The notes under the pieces were generated by a model that worked only from the letters and a program-made list of their open reading frames with translations, made no database searches and was not told the origin of the DNA. The translations under genes were made by a program, and so were the position numbers. Positions 38,901 to 53,900 of a DNA stretch of 64,000 bases are shown piece after piece. The DNA is from Tubulanus polymorphus (lineage: Eukaryota > Animalia > Nemertea), in NCBI RefSeq assembly GCF_964204645.1, contig NC_134028.1, positions 27,276,345 through 27,340,344 of the forward strand, in the 5' to 3' direction. Position 1 is the first letter of the stretch. Every line of letters begins with the position of its first letter.

Positions 38901-41900
38901 TCAAATAGATAGGTTGAAAGAATCAGAATTTTCTGGCTGCTTTTGGTTCTGAAGATGATGGATTCAATCTGAAAAGATGTGTTAAGGCGTATTGAACTGA
39001 TTTCAAATAGATAGGTGGAAAGATTCAGAATTTTCTGGGTACTGATGCTCCTGAAGATGATGGACTCGATCTGAAATGATAGGTTAAGGTAAACTGAACT
39101 GATTTAGAGTAGATGGACTGAAAGATACAGATTTTTCTTGCAAAGTAGGGTCCTAAAGTTGATGAGTTCTATCTTAATTGATTGGTTAGGGTGTACTGAA
39201 CTGATTTCAAATAGATAGGTGGAAAGATTAAGAATTTTCTGGCTATTTATGCTCCTGAAGATGATGGACTCGATCTGAAACGATAGGTTAAGGTAAACTG
39301 AACTGATTTCGTGTAGATGGACTGAAAGATACAGATTTTTCTTGCAAAATAGGGTCCTAAAGATGATGAATTCTATCTTAATTGATGGGTTAGGGTGTAC
39401 TGAACTGATTTCAAATAGATAGGTTGAAAGAATCAGAATTTTCTGGCTGCTTTTGGTTCTGAAGATGATGGATTCAACCTGAAAAGATGTGTTAAGGCGT
39501 ATTGAACTGATTTCAAATAGATAGGTGGAAAGATTCAGAATCTTCTGGGTACTTATGCTCCTGAAGATGATGGACTCGATCTGAAATGATAGGTTAAGGC
39601 AAACTGAACTGATTTCGAGTAGATGGACTGAAAGATACAGATTTTTCTTGCAAAATAGGGTCCTAAAGATGATGAATTCTATCTTAATTGTTGGGTTAGG
39701 GTGTACTGAACTGATGTTCAATAGATTGGTTGAAAGATTCAGAATTTTCTGACTACTTATAGTTCTGAAGTTGATTGATTCAATCTGAAAAGATGGGTTA
39801 AGGCGTATTGAACTGATTTCAAATAGATAGGTGGAAAGATTAAGAATTTTCTGGCTATTTATGCTCCTGAAGATGATGGACTCGATCTGAAATGATAGGT
39901 TAAGGTAAACTGAACTGATTCCGAGTAGATGGGATGAAAGATACAGATTTTTGTTGCAAAATAGGGTCCTAAAGATGATGAATTCTATCTTAATTAATGG
40001 GTTAGGGTGTAATGAACTGATGTCAAATAGATAGGTTGAAAGAATCAGAATTTTCTGGCTGCTTTTGGTTCTGAAGATGATGGATTCAATCTGAAAAGAT
40101 GGGTTTAGGCGAATTGAACTGATTTCAAATAGATAGGTGGAAAGATTCAGAATTTTCTGGCTATTTATGCTCCTGAAGATGATGGACTCGATCTGAAACG
40201 ATAGGTTAAGGTAAACTGAACTGATTTCGAGTAGATGGACTGAAAGATACAGATTTTTCTTGCAAAATAGGGTCCTAAAGATCATGAATTCTATCTTAAT
40301 TGGTGGGTTAGGGTGTACTGAACTGATTTCAAATAGATAGGTTGAAAGAATCAGAATTTTCTGGCTGCTTTTGGTTCTGAAGATGATGGATTCAATCTGA
40401 AAAGATGTGTTAAGGCGTATTGAACTGATTTCAAATAGATAGGTGGAAAGATTCAGAATTTTCTGGGTACTTATGCTCCTGAAGATGATGGACTCGATCT
40501 GAAATGATAGGTTAAGGTAAACTGAACTTATTTCGAGTAGATGGACTAAAAGATACAGATTTTTCTTGCAAAGTAGGGTCCTAAAGATGATGAGTTCTAT
40601 CTTAATTGATTGGTTAGGGTGTACTGAACTGATTTCAAATAGATAGGTGGAAAGATTAAGAATTTTCTGGCTATTTATGCTCCTGAAGATGATGGACTCG
40701 ATCTGAAACGTTAGGTTTAGGTAAACTGAACTGATTTCGTGTAGATGGACTGAAAGATACAGATTTTTCTTGCAAAATAGGGTCCTAAAGATGATGAATT
40801 CTATCTTAATTGATGGGTTAGGGTGTACTGAACTGATTTCAAATAGATAGGTTGAAAGAATCAGAATTTTCTGGCTGCTTTTGGTTCTGAAGATGATGGA
40901 TTCAACCTGAAAAGATGTGTTAAGGCGTATTGAACTGATTTCAAATAGATAGGTGGAAAGATTCAGAATCTTCTGGGTACTTATGCTCCTGAAGATGATG
41001 GACTCGATCTGAAATGATAGGTTAAGGCAAACTGAACTGATTTCGAGTAGATGGACTGAAAGATACAGATTTTTCTTGCAAAATAGGGTCCTAAAGATGA
41101 TGAGTTCTATCTTAATTGATGGGTTAGGGTGTACTGAACTGATTTCAAATAGATAGGTTGAAAGAATCAGAATTTTCTGGCTGCTTTTGGTTCTGAAGAT
41201 GATGGATTCAATTTGAAAAGATGTGTTAAGGCGTATTGAACTGATTTCAAATAGATAGGTGGAAAGATTAAGAATTTTCTGGCTATTTATGCTCCTGAAG
41301 ATGATGGACTCGATCTGAAATGATAGGTTAAGGTAAACTGAACTGATTTCGAGTAGATGGACTGAAAGATACAGATTTTTCTTGCAAAATAGGGTCCTAA
41401 AGATGATGAATTCTATCTTAATTGTTGGGTTAGGGTGTACTGAACTGATGTTCAATAGATTGGTTGAAAGATTCAGAATTTTCTGACTACTTATACTTCT
41501 GAAGTTGATTGAAACAATCTGAAAAGATGGGTTAAGGCGTATTGAACTAATTCAAATAGATAGGTGGAAAGATTAAGAATTTTCTGGCTATTTATGCTCC
41601 TGAAGATGATGGACTCGATCTGAAACGATAGGTTAAGGTAAACTGAACTGATTCAGAGTAGATGGGATGAAAGATACAGATTTTTGTTGCAAAATAGGGT
41701 CCTAAAGATGATGAATTCTATCTTAATTAATGGGTTAGGGTGTAATGAACTGATGTCAAATAGATAGGTTGAAAGAATCAGAATTTTCTGGCTGCTTTTG
41801 GTTCTGAAGATGATGGAATCAATCTGAAAAGATGGGTTTAGGCGAATTGAACTGATTTCAAATAGATAGGTGGAAAGATTAAGAATTTTCTGGCTATTTA

Positions 41901-44900
41901 TGCTCCTGAAGATGATGGACTCGATCTGAAACGATAGGTTAAGGTAAACTGAACTGATTTCGAGTAGATGGACTGAAAGATACAGATTTTTCTTGCAAAA
42001 GAGGGTCCTAAAGGTGATGAATTCTATCTTAATTGATGGGTTAGGGTGTACTGAACTGATTTCAAATAGATAGGTTGAAAGAATTAGAATTTTCTGGCTG
42101 CTTTTGGTTCTGAAGATGATGGATTCAATCTGAAAAGATGTGTTAAGGCGTATTGAACTGATTTCAAATAGATAGGTGGAAAGATTCAGAATTTTCTGGG
42201 TACTGATGCTCCTGAAGATGATGGACTCGATCTGAAATGATAGGTTAAGGTAAACTGAACTGATTTAGAGTAGATGGACTGAAAGATACAGATTTTTCTT
42301 GCAAAGTAGGGTCCTAAAGATGATGAGTTCTATCTTAATTGATTGGTTAGGGTGTACTGAACTGATTTCAAATAGATAGGTGGAAAGATTAAGAATTTTC
42401 TGGCTATTTATGCTCCTGAAGATGATGGACTCGATCTGAAACGATAGGTTAAGGTAAACTGAACTGATTTCGTGTAGATGGACTGAAAGATACAGATTTT
42501 TCTTGCAAAATAGGGTCCTAAAGATGATGAATTCTATCTTAATTGATGGGTTAGGGTGTACTGAACTGATTTCAAATAGATAGGTTGAAAGAATCAGAAT
42601 TTTCTGGCTGCTTTTGGTTCTGAAGATGATGGATTCAACCTGAAAAGATGTGTTAAGGCGTATTGAACTGATTTCAAATAGATAGGTGGAAAGATTCAGA
42701 ATCTTCTGGGTACTTATGCTCCTGAAGATGATGGACTCGATCTGAAATGATAGGTTAAGGCAAACTGAACTGATTTCGAGTAGATGGACTGAAAGATACA
42801 GATTTTTCTTGCAAAATAGGGTCCTAAAGATGATGAATTCTATCTTAATTGTTGGGTTAGGGTGTACTGAACTGATGTTCAATAGATTGGTTGAAAGATT
42901 CAGAATTTTCTGACTACTCATAGTTCTGAAGTTGATTGATTCAATCTGAAAAGATGGGTTAAGGCGTATTGAACTGATTTCAAATAGATAGGTGGAAAGA
43001 TTAAGAATTTTCTGGCTATTTATGCTCCTGAAGATGATGGACTCGATCTGAAATGATAGGTTAAGGTAAACTGAACTGATTCCGAGTAGATGGGATGAAA
43101 GATACAGATTTTCGCTGCAAAATAGGGTCCTAAAGATGATGAATTCTATCTTAATTAATGGGTTGGGTGTAATGAACTGATGTCAAATAGATAGGTTGAA
43201 AGAATCAGAATTTTCTGGCTGCTTTTGGTTCTGAAGATGATGGATTCAATCTGAAAAGATGGGTTTAGGCGAATTGAACTGATTTCAAATAGATAGGTGG
43301 AAAGATTCAGAATTTTCTGGCTGCTTTTGGTCCTAAAGATGATGAGTTCTATCTTAATTGATTGGTTAGGGTGTACTGAACTGATTTCAAATAGATAGGT
43401 GGAAAGATTAAGAATTTTCTGGCTATTTATGCTCCTGAAGATGATGGACTCGATCTGAAATGATAGGTTAAGGTAAACTGAACTGATTTCGAGTAGATGG
43501 ACTGAAAGATACAGATTTTTCTTGCAAAATAGGGTCCTAAAGATGATGAATTCTATCTTAATTGTTGGGTTAGGGTGTACTGAACTGATGTTCAATAGAT
43601 TGGTTGAAAGATTCAGAATTTTCTGACTACTTATACTTCTGAAGTTGATTGATTCAATCTGAAAAGATGGGTTAAGGCGTATTGAACTGATTTCAAATAG
43701 ATGGGTGGAAAGATTAAGAATTTTCTGGCTATTTATGCTCCTGAAGATGATGGACTCCATCTGAAATGATAGGTTAAGGTAAACTGAACTGATTCCGAGT
43801 AGATGGGATGTAAGATACAGATTTTTGTTGCAAATTAGGGTCCTAAAGATGATGAATTCTATCTTAATTAATGGGTTAGGGTGTAATGAACTGATGTCAA
43901 ATAGATAGGTTGAAAGAATCAGAATTTTCTGGCTGCTTTTGGTTCTGAAGATGATGGATTCAATCTGAAAAGATGGGTTTAGGCGAATTGAACTGATTTC
44001 AAATAGATAGGTGGAAAGATTCAGAATTTTCTGGCTATTTATGCTCCTGAAGATGATGGACTCGATCTGAAACGATAGGTTAAGGTAAACTGAACTGATT
44101 TCGAGTAGATGGACTGAAAGATACAGATTTTTCTTGCAAAATAGGGTCCTAAAGATGATGAATTCTATCTTAATTGATGGGTTAGGGTGTACTGAACTGA
44201 TTTCAAATAGATAGGTTGAAAGAATCAGAATTTTCTGGCTGCTTTTGGTTCTGAAGATGATGGATTCAATCTGAAAAGATGTGTTAAGGCGTATTGAACT
44301 GATTTCAAATAGATAGGTGGAAAGATTCAGCATTTTCTGGGTACTGATGCTCCTGAAGATGATGGACTCGATCTGAAATGATAGGTTAAGGTAAACTGAA
44401 CTGATTTCGAGTAGATGGACTGAAAGATACATATTTTTCTTGCAAAGTAGGGTCCTAAAGATGATAAGTTCTATCTTAATTGATTGGTTAGGGTGTACTG
44501 AACTGATTTCAAATAGATAGGTGGAAAGATTAAGAATTTTCTGGCTATTTATGCTCCTGAAGATGATGGACTCGATCTGAAACGATAGGTTAAGGTAAAC
44601 TGAACTGATTTCGTGTAGATTGACTGAAAGATACAGATTTTTCTTGCAAAATAGGGTCCTAAAGATGATGAATTCTATCTTAATTGATGGGTTAGGGTGT
44701 ACTGAACTGATTTCAAATAGATAGGTTGAAAGAATCAGAATTTTCTGGCTGCTTTTGGTTCTGAAGATGATGGATTCAACCTGAAAAGATCTGTTAAGGC
44801 GTATTGAACTGATTTCAAATAGATAGGTGGAAAGATTCAGAATCTTCTGGGTACTTATGCTCCTGAAGATGATGGACTCGATCTGAAATGATAGGTTAAG

Positions 44901-47900
44901 GCAAACTGAACTGATTTCGAGTAGATGGACTGAAAGATACAGATTTTTCTTGCAAAATAGGGTCCTAAAGATGATGAGTTCTATCTTAATTGATGGGTTA
45001 GGGTGTACTGAACTGATTTCAAATAGATAGGTTGAAAGAATCAGAATTTTCTGGCTGCTTTTGGTTCTGAAGATGATGGATTCGATTTGAAAAGATGTGT
45101 TAAGGCGTATTGAACTGATTTCAAATAGATAGGTGGAAAGATTCAGAATTTTCTGGGTACTTATGCTCCTGAAGATGATGGACTCGATCTGAAATGATGG
45201 ACTCGATCTGAAATGATAGGTTAAGGTAAACTGAACTGATTTCGAGTAGATGGACTGAAAGATACAGATTTTTCTTGCAAAATAGGGTCCTAAAGATGAT
45301 GAATTCTATCTTAATTGATGGGTTAGGGTGAACTGAACTGATTTCAAATAGATAGGTGGAAAGAATCAGAATTTTCTGGCTGCCTTTGGTTCTGAAGATG
45401 ATGGACTCAATCTGAAAAGATGGGCTAAGGCGTATGGAACTGATTTCAAATAGATAGGTGGAAAGATTAAGAATTTTCTGGCTATTTATGCTCCTGAAGA
45501 TGATGGACTCGATCTGAAATGATAGGTTAAGGTAAACTGAACTGATTTCGAGTAGATGGACTGAAAGATACAGATTTTTCTTGTAAAATAGGGTCCTAAA
45601 GATGATGAATTCTATCTTAATTGTTGGGTTAGGGTGTACTGAACTGATGTTCAATAGATTGGTTGAAAGATTCAGAATTTTCTGACTACTTATACTTCTG
45701 AAGTTGATTGATTCAATCTGAAAAGATGGGTTAAGGCGTATTGAACTGATTTCAAATAGATAGGTGGAAAGATTAAGAATTTTCTGGCTATTTATGCTCC
45801 TGAAGATGATGGACTCCATCTGAAATGATAGGTTAAGGTAAACTGAACTGATTCCGAGTAGATGGCATGTAAGATACAGATTTTTGTTGCAAATTAGGGT
45901 CCTAAAGATGATGAATTCTATCTTAATTAATGGGTTAGGGTGTAATGAACTGATGTCAAATAGATAGGTTGAAAGAATCAGAATTTTCTGGCTGCTTTTG
46001 GTTCTGAAGATGATGGATTCAATCTGAAAAGATGGGTTTAGGCGAATTGAACTGATTTCAAATAGATAGGTGGAAAGATTCAGAATTTTCTGGGTACTTA
46101 TGCTCCTGAAGATGATGGACTCGATCTGAAATGATAGGTTAAGGTAAACTGAACTGATTTCGAGTAGATGGACTGAAAGATACAGATTTTTCTTGCAAAA
46201 TAGGGTCCTAAAGATGATGAATTCTATCTTAATTGATGGGTTAGGGTGTACTGAACTGATTTCAAATAGATAGGTTGAAAGAATCAGAATTTTCTGGCTG
46301 CTTTTGGTTCTGAAGATGATGGATTCAATCTGAAAAGATGTGTTAGGGCGTATTGAACTGATTTCAAATAGATAGGTGGAAAGATTCAGAATTTTCTGGG
46401 TACTGATGCTCGTGAAGATGATGGACTCGATCTGAAATGATAGGTTAAGGTAAACTGAACTGATTTCGAGTAGATGGACTGAAAGATACATATTTTTCTA
46501 GCAAAGTAGGGTCCTAAAGATGATAAGTTCTATCTTAATTGATTGGTTAGGGTGTACTGAACTGATTTCAAATAGATAGGTGGAAAGATTAAGAATTTTC
46601 TGGCTATTTATGCTCCTGAAGATGATGGACTCGATCTGAAACGAAAGGTTAAGGTAAACTGAACTGATTTCGTGTAGATGGACTGAAAGATACAGATTTT
46701 TCTTGCAAAATAGGGTCCTAAAGATGATGAATTCTATCTTAATTGATGGGTTAGGGTGTACTGAACTGATTTCTGGCTGCCTTTGGTTCTGAAGATGATG
46801 GATTCAACCTGAAAAGATGTGTTAAGGCGTATTGAACTGATTTCAAATAGATAGGTGGAAAGATTCAGAATCTTCTGGGTACTTATGCTCCTGAAGATGG
46901 TGGACTCGATCTGAAATGATAGGTTAAGGCAAACTGAACTGATTTCGAGTAGATGGACTGAAAGATACAGATTTTTCTTGCAAAAAAGGGTCCTAAAGAT
47001 GATGAGTTCTATCTTAATTGATGGGTTAGGGTGTACTGAACTGATTTCAAATAGATAGGTTGAAAGAATCAGAATTTTCTGGCTGCTTTTGGTTCTGAAG
47101 ATGATGGATTCAATTTGAAAAGATGTGTTAAGGCGTATTGAACTGATTTCAAATAGATAGGTGGAAAGATTCAGAATTTTCTGGGTACTTATTCTCCTGA
47201 AGATGATGGACTCGATCTGAAATGATAGGTTAAGGTAAACTGAACTGATTTCGAGTAGATGGACTGACAGATACAGATTTTTCTTGCAAAGTAGGGTCCT
47301 AAAGATGATGAGTTCTATCTTTATTGATTGGTTAGGGTGTACTGAACTGATTTCAAATAGATTGGTGGAAAGATTAAGAATTTTCTGGCTATTTATGCTC
47401 CTGAAGATGATGGACTCGATCTGAAACGATAGGTTAAGGTAAACTGAACTGATTTCGTGCAGATGGACTGAAAGATACAGATTTTTCTTGCAAAATAGGG
47501 TCCTAAAGATGATGAATTCTATCTTAATTGATGGGTTAGGGTGAACTGAACTGATTTCAAATAGATAGGTGGAAAGAATCAGAATTTTCTGGCTGCCTTT
47601 GGTTCTGAAGATGATGGACTCAATCTGAAAAGATGTGTTAAGGCGTATTGAACTGATTTCAAATAGATAGGTGGAAAGATTAAGAATTTTCTGGCTATTT
47701 ATGCTCCTGAAGATGATGGACTCGATCTGAAATGAAAGGTTAAGGTAAACTGAACTGATTTCGAGTAGATGGACTGAAAGATACAGATTTTTCTTGCAAA
47801 ATAGGGTCCTAAAGATGACGAGTTCTATCTTAATTGATGGGATAGGGTGTACTGAACTGATTTCAAATAGATAGGTGGAAAGAATCAGAATTTTCTGGCT

Positions 47901-50900
47901 GCTTTTGGTTCTGAAGATGATGGATTCAATCTGAAAAGATGTGTTAAGGCGTATTGAACTGATTTCAAATAGATAGGTGGAAAGATTAAGAATTTTCTGG
48001 CTATTTATGCTCCTGAAGATGATGGACTCGATCTGAAATGATAGGTTAAGGTAAACTGAACTGATTTCGAGTAGATGGACTGAAAGATACAGATTTTTCT
48101 TGCAAAATAGGGTCCTAAAGATGATGAATTCTATCTTAATTGATGGGTTAGGGTGTACTGAACTGATTTCAAATAGATAGGTGGAAAGACTAAGAATTTT
48201 CTGGCTATTTATGCTCCTGAAGATGATGGACTCGATCTTAAATGATAGGTTAAGGTAAACTGAACTGATTTCGAGTAGATGGACTGAAAGATACAGATTT
48301 TTCTTGCAAAATAGGGTCCTTAAGATGATGAATTCTATCTTAATTGATGGGTTCGGGTGTACTGAACTGATTTCAAATAGATAGGTGGAAAGAATCAGAA
48401 TTTTCTGGCTGCTTTTGGTTCTGAAGATGATGGATTCAATCTGAAAAGATGTGTTAAGGCGTATTGAACTGATTTCAAATAGATAGGTGGAAAGATTAAG
48501 AATTTTCTGGCTATTTATGCTCCTGAAGATGATGGACTCGATCTGAAATGATAGGTTAAGGTAGACTGAACTGATTTCGAGTAGATGGACTGAAAGATAC
48601 AGATTTTTCTTGCAAAATAGGGTCCTAAAGATGATGAGTTTTATCTTAATTGATGGGTTAGGGTGTACTGAACTGATTTCAAATAGATAGGTGGAAAGAT
48701 TAAGAATTTTCTGGCTGCTTTTGGTTCTGAAGATGATGGACTCAATCTGAAAAGATGTGTTAAGGCGTATTGAACTGATTTCAAATAGATAGGTGGAAAG
48801 ATTAAGAATTTTCTGGCTATTTATGCTCCTGAAGATGATGGACTCGATCTGAAATGATAGGTTAAGGTAAACTGAACTGATTTCGAGTAGATGGACTGAA
48901 AGATACAGATTTTTCTTGCAAAATAGGGTCCTAAAGATGATGAATTCTATCTTAATTGATGGGTTAGGGTGTACTGAACTGATTTCAAATAGATAGGTTG
49001 AAAGAATCAGAATTTTCTGGCTGCTTTTGGTTCTGAAGATGATGGATTCAATCTGAAAAGATGTGTTAAGGCGTATTGAACTGATTTCAAATAGATAGGT
49101 GGAAAGATTAAGAATTTTCTGGCTATTTATGCTCCTGAAGATGATGGACTCGATCTGAAATGATAGGTTAAGGTAAACTGAACTGATTTCGAGTAGATGG
49201 ACTGAAAGATACAGATTTTTCTTGCAAAATAGGGTCCTAAAGATGATGAATTCTATCTTAATTGATTGGTTAGGGTGTACTGAACTGATTTCAAATAGAT
49301 AGGTGGAAAGATTAAGAATTTTCTGGCTATTTATGCTCCTGAAGATGATGGACTCGATCTGAAATGATAGGTTAAGGTAAACTGAACTGGTTTCGAGTAG
49401 ATGGACTGAAAGATACAGATTTTTCTTGCAAAATAGGGTCCTAAAGATGATGAATTCTATCTTAATTGATGGGTTAGGGTGAACTGAACTGATTTCAAAT
49501 AGATAGGTGGAAAGAATCAGAATTTTCTGGCTGCCTTTGGTTCTGAAGATGATGGACTCAATCTGAAAAGATGGGTTAAGGCGTATTGAACTGATTTCAA
49601 ATAGATAGGTGGAAAGATTAAGAATTTTCTGGCTATTTATGCTCCTGAAGATGATGGACTCGATCTGAAATGATAGGTTAAGGTAAACTGAACTGATTTC
49701 GAGTAGATGGACTGAAAGATACAGATTTTTCTTGCAAAATAGGGTCCTAAAGATGATGAATTCTATCTTAATTGATGGGTTAGGGTGTACTGAACTGATT
49801 TCAAATAGATAGGTGGAAAGACTAAGAATTTTCTGGCTATTTATGCTCCTGAAGATGATGGACTCGATCTTAAATGATAGGTTAAGGTAAACTGAACTGA
49901 TTTCGAGTAGATGGACTGAAAGATACAGATTTTTCTTGCAAAATAGGGTCCTAAAGATGATGAATTCTATCTTAATTGATGGGTTCGGGTGTACTGAACT
50001 GATTTCAAATAGATAGGTGGAAAGAATCAGAATTTTCTGGCTGCTTTTGGTTCTGAAGATGATGTATTCAATCTGAAAAGATGTGTTAAGGCGTATTGAA
50101 CTGATTTCAAATAGATAGGTGGAAAGATTAAGAATTTTCTGGCTATTTATGCTCCTGAAGATGATGGACTCGATCTGAAATGATAGGTTAAGGTAGACTG
50201 AACTGATTTCGAGTAGATGGACTGAAAGATACAGATTTTTCTTGCAAAATAGGGTCCTAAAGATGATGAGTTTTATCTTAATTGATGGGTTAGGGTGTAC
50301 TGAACTGATTTCAAATAGATAGGTGGAAAGATTAAGAATTTTCTGGCTGCTTTTGGTTCTGAAGATGATGGACTCAATCTGAAAAGATGTGTTAAGGCGT
50401 ATTGAACTGATTTCAAATAGATAGGTGGAAAGATTAAGAATTTTCTGGCTATTTATGCTCCTGAAGATGATGGACTCGATCACAAATGATAGGTTAAGGT
50501 AAACTGAACTGATTTCGAGTAGATGGACTGAAAGATACAGATTTTTCTTGCAAAATAGGGTCCTAAAGATGATGAATTCTATCTTAATTAATGGGTTAGG
50601 GTGTACTGAACTGATTTCAAATAGATAGGTTGAAAGAATCAGAATTTTCTGGCTGCTTTTGGTTCTGAAGATGATGGATTCAATCTGAAAAGATGTGTTA
50701 AGGCGTATTGAACTGATTTCAAATAGATAGGTGGAAAGATTAAGAATTTTCTGGCTATTTATGCTCCTGAAGATGATGGACTCGATCTGAAATGATAGGT
50801 TAAGGTAAACTGAACTGATTTCGAGTAGATGGACTGAAAGATACAGATTTTTCTTGCAAAATAGGGTCCTAAAGATGATGAATTCTATCTTAATTGATTG

Positions 50901-53900
50901 GTTAGGGTGTACTGAACTGATTTCAAATAGATAGGTCGAAAGATTAAGAATTTTCTGGCTATTTATGCTCCTGAAGATGATGGACTCGATCTGAAATGAT
51001 AGGTTAAGGTAAACTGAACTGGTTTCGAGTAGATGGACTGAAAGATACAGATTTTTCTTGCAAAATAGGGTCCTAAAGATGATGAATTCTATCTTAATTG
51101 ATGGGTTAGGGTGAACTGAACTGATTTCAAATAGATAGGTGGAAAGAATCAGAATTTTCTGGCTGCCTTTGGTTCTGAAGATGATGGACTCAATCTGAAA
51201 AGATGGGTTAAGGCGTATTGAACTGATTTCAAATAGATAGGTGGAAAGATTAAGAATTTTCTGGCTATTTATGCTCCTGAAGATGATGGACTCGATCTGA
51301 AATGATAGGTTAAGGTAAACTGAACTGATTTCGAGTAGATGGACTGAAAGATACAGATTTTTCTTGCAAAATAGGGTCCTAAAGATGATGAATTCTATCT
51401 TAATTGATGGGTTAGGGTGAACTGAACTGATTTCAAATAGATAGGTGGAAAGATTAAGAATTTTCTGGCTATTTATGCTCCTGAAGATGATGGACTCGAT
51501 CTGAAATGATAGGTTAAGGTAAACTGAACTGATTTCGAGTAGATGGACTGAAAGATACAAATTTTTCTTGCAAAATAGGGTCCTAAAGATGATGAATTCT
51601 ATCTTAATTGATGGGTTAGGGTGTACTGAATTGATTTCAAATAGATAGGTTGAAAGAATCAGAATTTTCTGGCTGCTCTTGGTTCTGAAGATGATAAATT
51701 CAATCTGAAAAGATGTGTTAAGGCGTATTGAACTGATTTCAAATAGATAGGTGGAAAGATTAAGAATTTTCTGGCTATTTATGCTCCTGAAGATGATGGA
51801 CTCGATCTGAAATGATAGGTTAAGGTAAACTGAACTGGTTTCGAGTAGATGGACTGAAAGATACAGATTTTTCTTGCAAAATAGGGTCCTAAAGATGATG
51901 AATTCTATCTTAATTGATGGGTTAGGGTGAACTGAACTGATTTCAAATAGATAGGTGGAAAGAATCAGAATTTTCTGGCTGCCTTTGGTTCTGAAGATGA
52001 TGGACTCAATCTGAAAAGATGTGTTAAGGCGTATTGAACTGATTTCAAATAGATAGGTGGAAAGATTAAGAATTTTCTGGCTATTTATGCTCCTGAAGAT
52101 GATGGACTCGATCTGAAATGATAGGTTAAGGTAAACTGAACTGATTTCGAGTAGATGGACTGAAAGATACAGATTTTTCTTGCAAAATAGGGTCCTAAAG
52201 ATAATGAATTCTATCTTAATTGATGGGTTAGGGTGAACTGAACTGATTTCAAATAGATAGGTGGAAAGAATCAGAATTTTCTGGCTGCCTTTGGTTCTGA
52301 AGATGATGGACTCAATCTGAAAAGATGGGCTAAGGCGTATTGAACTGATTTCAAATAGATAGGTGGAAAGATTAAGAATTTTCTGGCTATTTATGCTCCT
52401 GAAGATGATAAACTCGATCTGAAATGATAGGTTAAGGTAAACTGAACTGATTTCGAGTAGATGGACTGAAAGATACAAATTTTTCTTGCAAAATAGGGTC
52501 CTAAAGATGATGAATTCTATCTTAATTGATGGGTTAGGGTGTACTGAATTGATTTCAAATAGATAGGTTGAAAGAATCAGAATTTTCTGGCTGCTCTTGG
52601 TTCTGAAGATGATAAATTCAATCTGAAAAGATGTGTTAAGGCGTATTGAACTGATTTCAAATAGATAGGTGGAAAGATTAAGGATTTTCTGGCTATTTAT
52701 GCTCCTGAAGATGATGGACTCGATCTGAAATGATAGGTTAAGGTAAACTGAACTGATTTCGAGTAGATGGACTGAAAGATACAGATTTTTCTTGCAAAAT
52801 AGGGTCCTAAAGATGATGAATTCTATCTTAATTGATGGGTTAGGGTGTACTGAACTGATTTCAAATAGATAGGTTGAAAGAATCAGAATTTTCTGGCTGC
52901 TTTTGGTTCTGAAGATGATGGATTCAATCTGAAAAGATGTGTTAAGGCGTATTGAACTGATTTCAAATAGATAGGTGGAAAGATTAAGAATTTTCTGGCT
53001 ATTTATGCTCCTGAAGATGATGGACTCGATCTGAAATGATAGGTTAAGGTAGACTGAACTGATTTCGAGTGGATGGACTGAAAGATACAGATTTTTCTTG
53101 CAAAATAGGGTCCTAAAGATGATGAGTTCTAACTTAATTGATGGGTTAGGGTGAACTGAACTGATTTCAAATAGATAGGTGGAAAGATTAAGAATTTTCT
53201 GGTTATTTATGCTCCTGAAGATGATGGACTCGATCTGAAATGAAAGGTTAAGGTAAACTGAACTGATTTCGAGTAGATGGACTGAAAGATACAGATTTTT
53301 CTTGCAAAATAGGGTCCTAAAGATGATGAATTCTATCTTAATTGATGGGTTAGGGTGTACTGAACTGATTTCAAATAGATAGGTTGAAAGAATCAGAATT
53401 TTCTGGCTGCTTTTGGTTCTGAAGATGATGGATTCAATCTGAAAAGATGTGTTAAGGCGTATTGAACTGATTTCAAATAGATAGGTGGAACGATTAAGAA
53501 TTTTCTTGCTATTTATGCTCCTGAAGATGATGGACTCGATCTGAAATGATAGGTTAAGGTAGACTGAACTGATTTCGAGTAGATGGACTGAAAGATACAG
53601 ATTTTTCTTGCAAAATAGGGTCCTAAAGATGATGAGTTCTATCTTAATTGATGGGTTAGGGTGCACTGAACTGATTTCAAATAGAAAGGTGGAAAGATTA
53701 GGAATTTTCTGGTTATTTATGCTCCTGAAGATGATGGACTCGATCTGAAATGAAAGGTTAAGGTAAACTGAACTGATTTCGAGTAGATGGACTGAAAGAT
53801 ACAGATTTTTCTTGCAAAATAGGGTCCTAAAGATGATGAGTTCTAACTTAATTGATGGGTTAGGGTGAACTGAACTGATTTCAAATAGATAGGTGGAAAG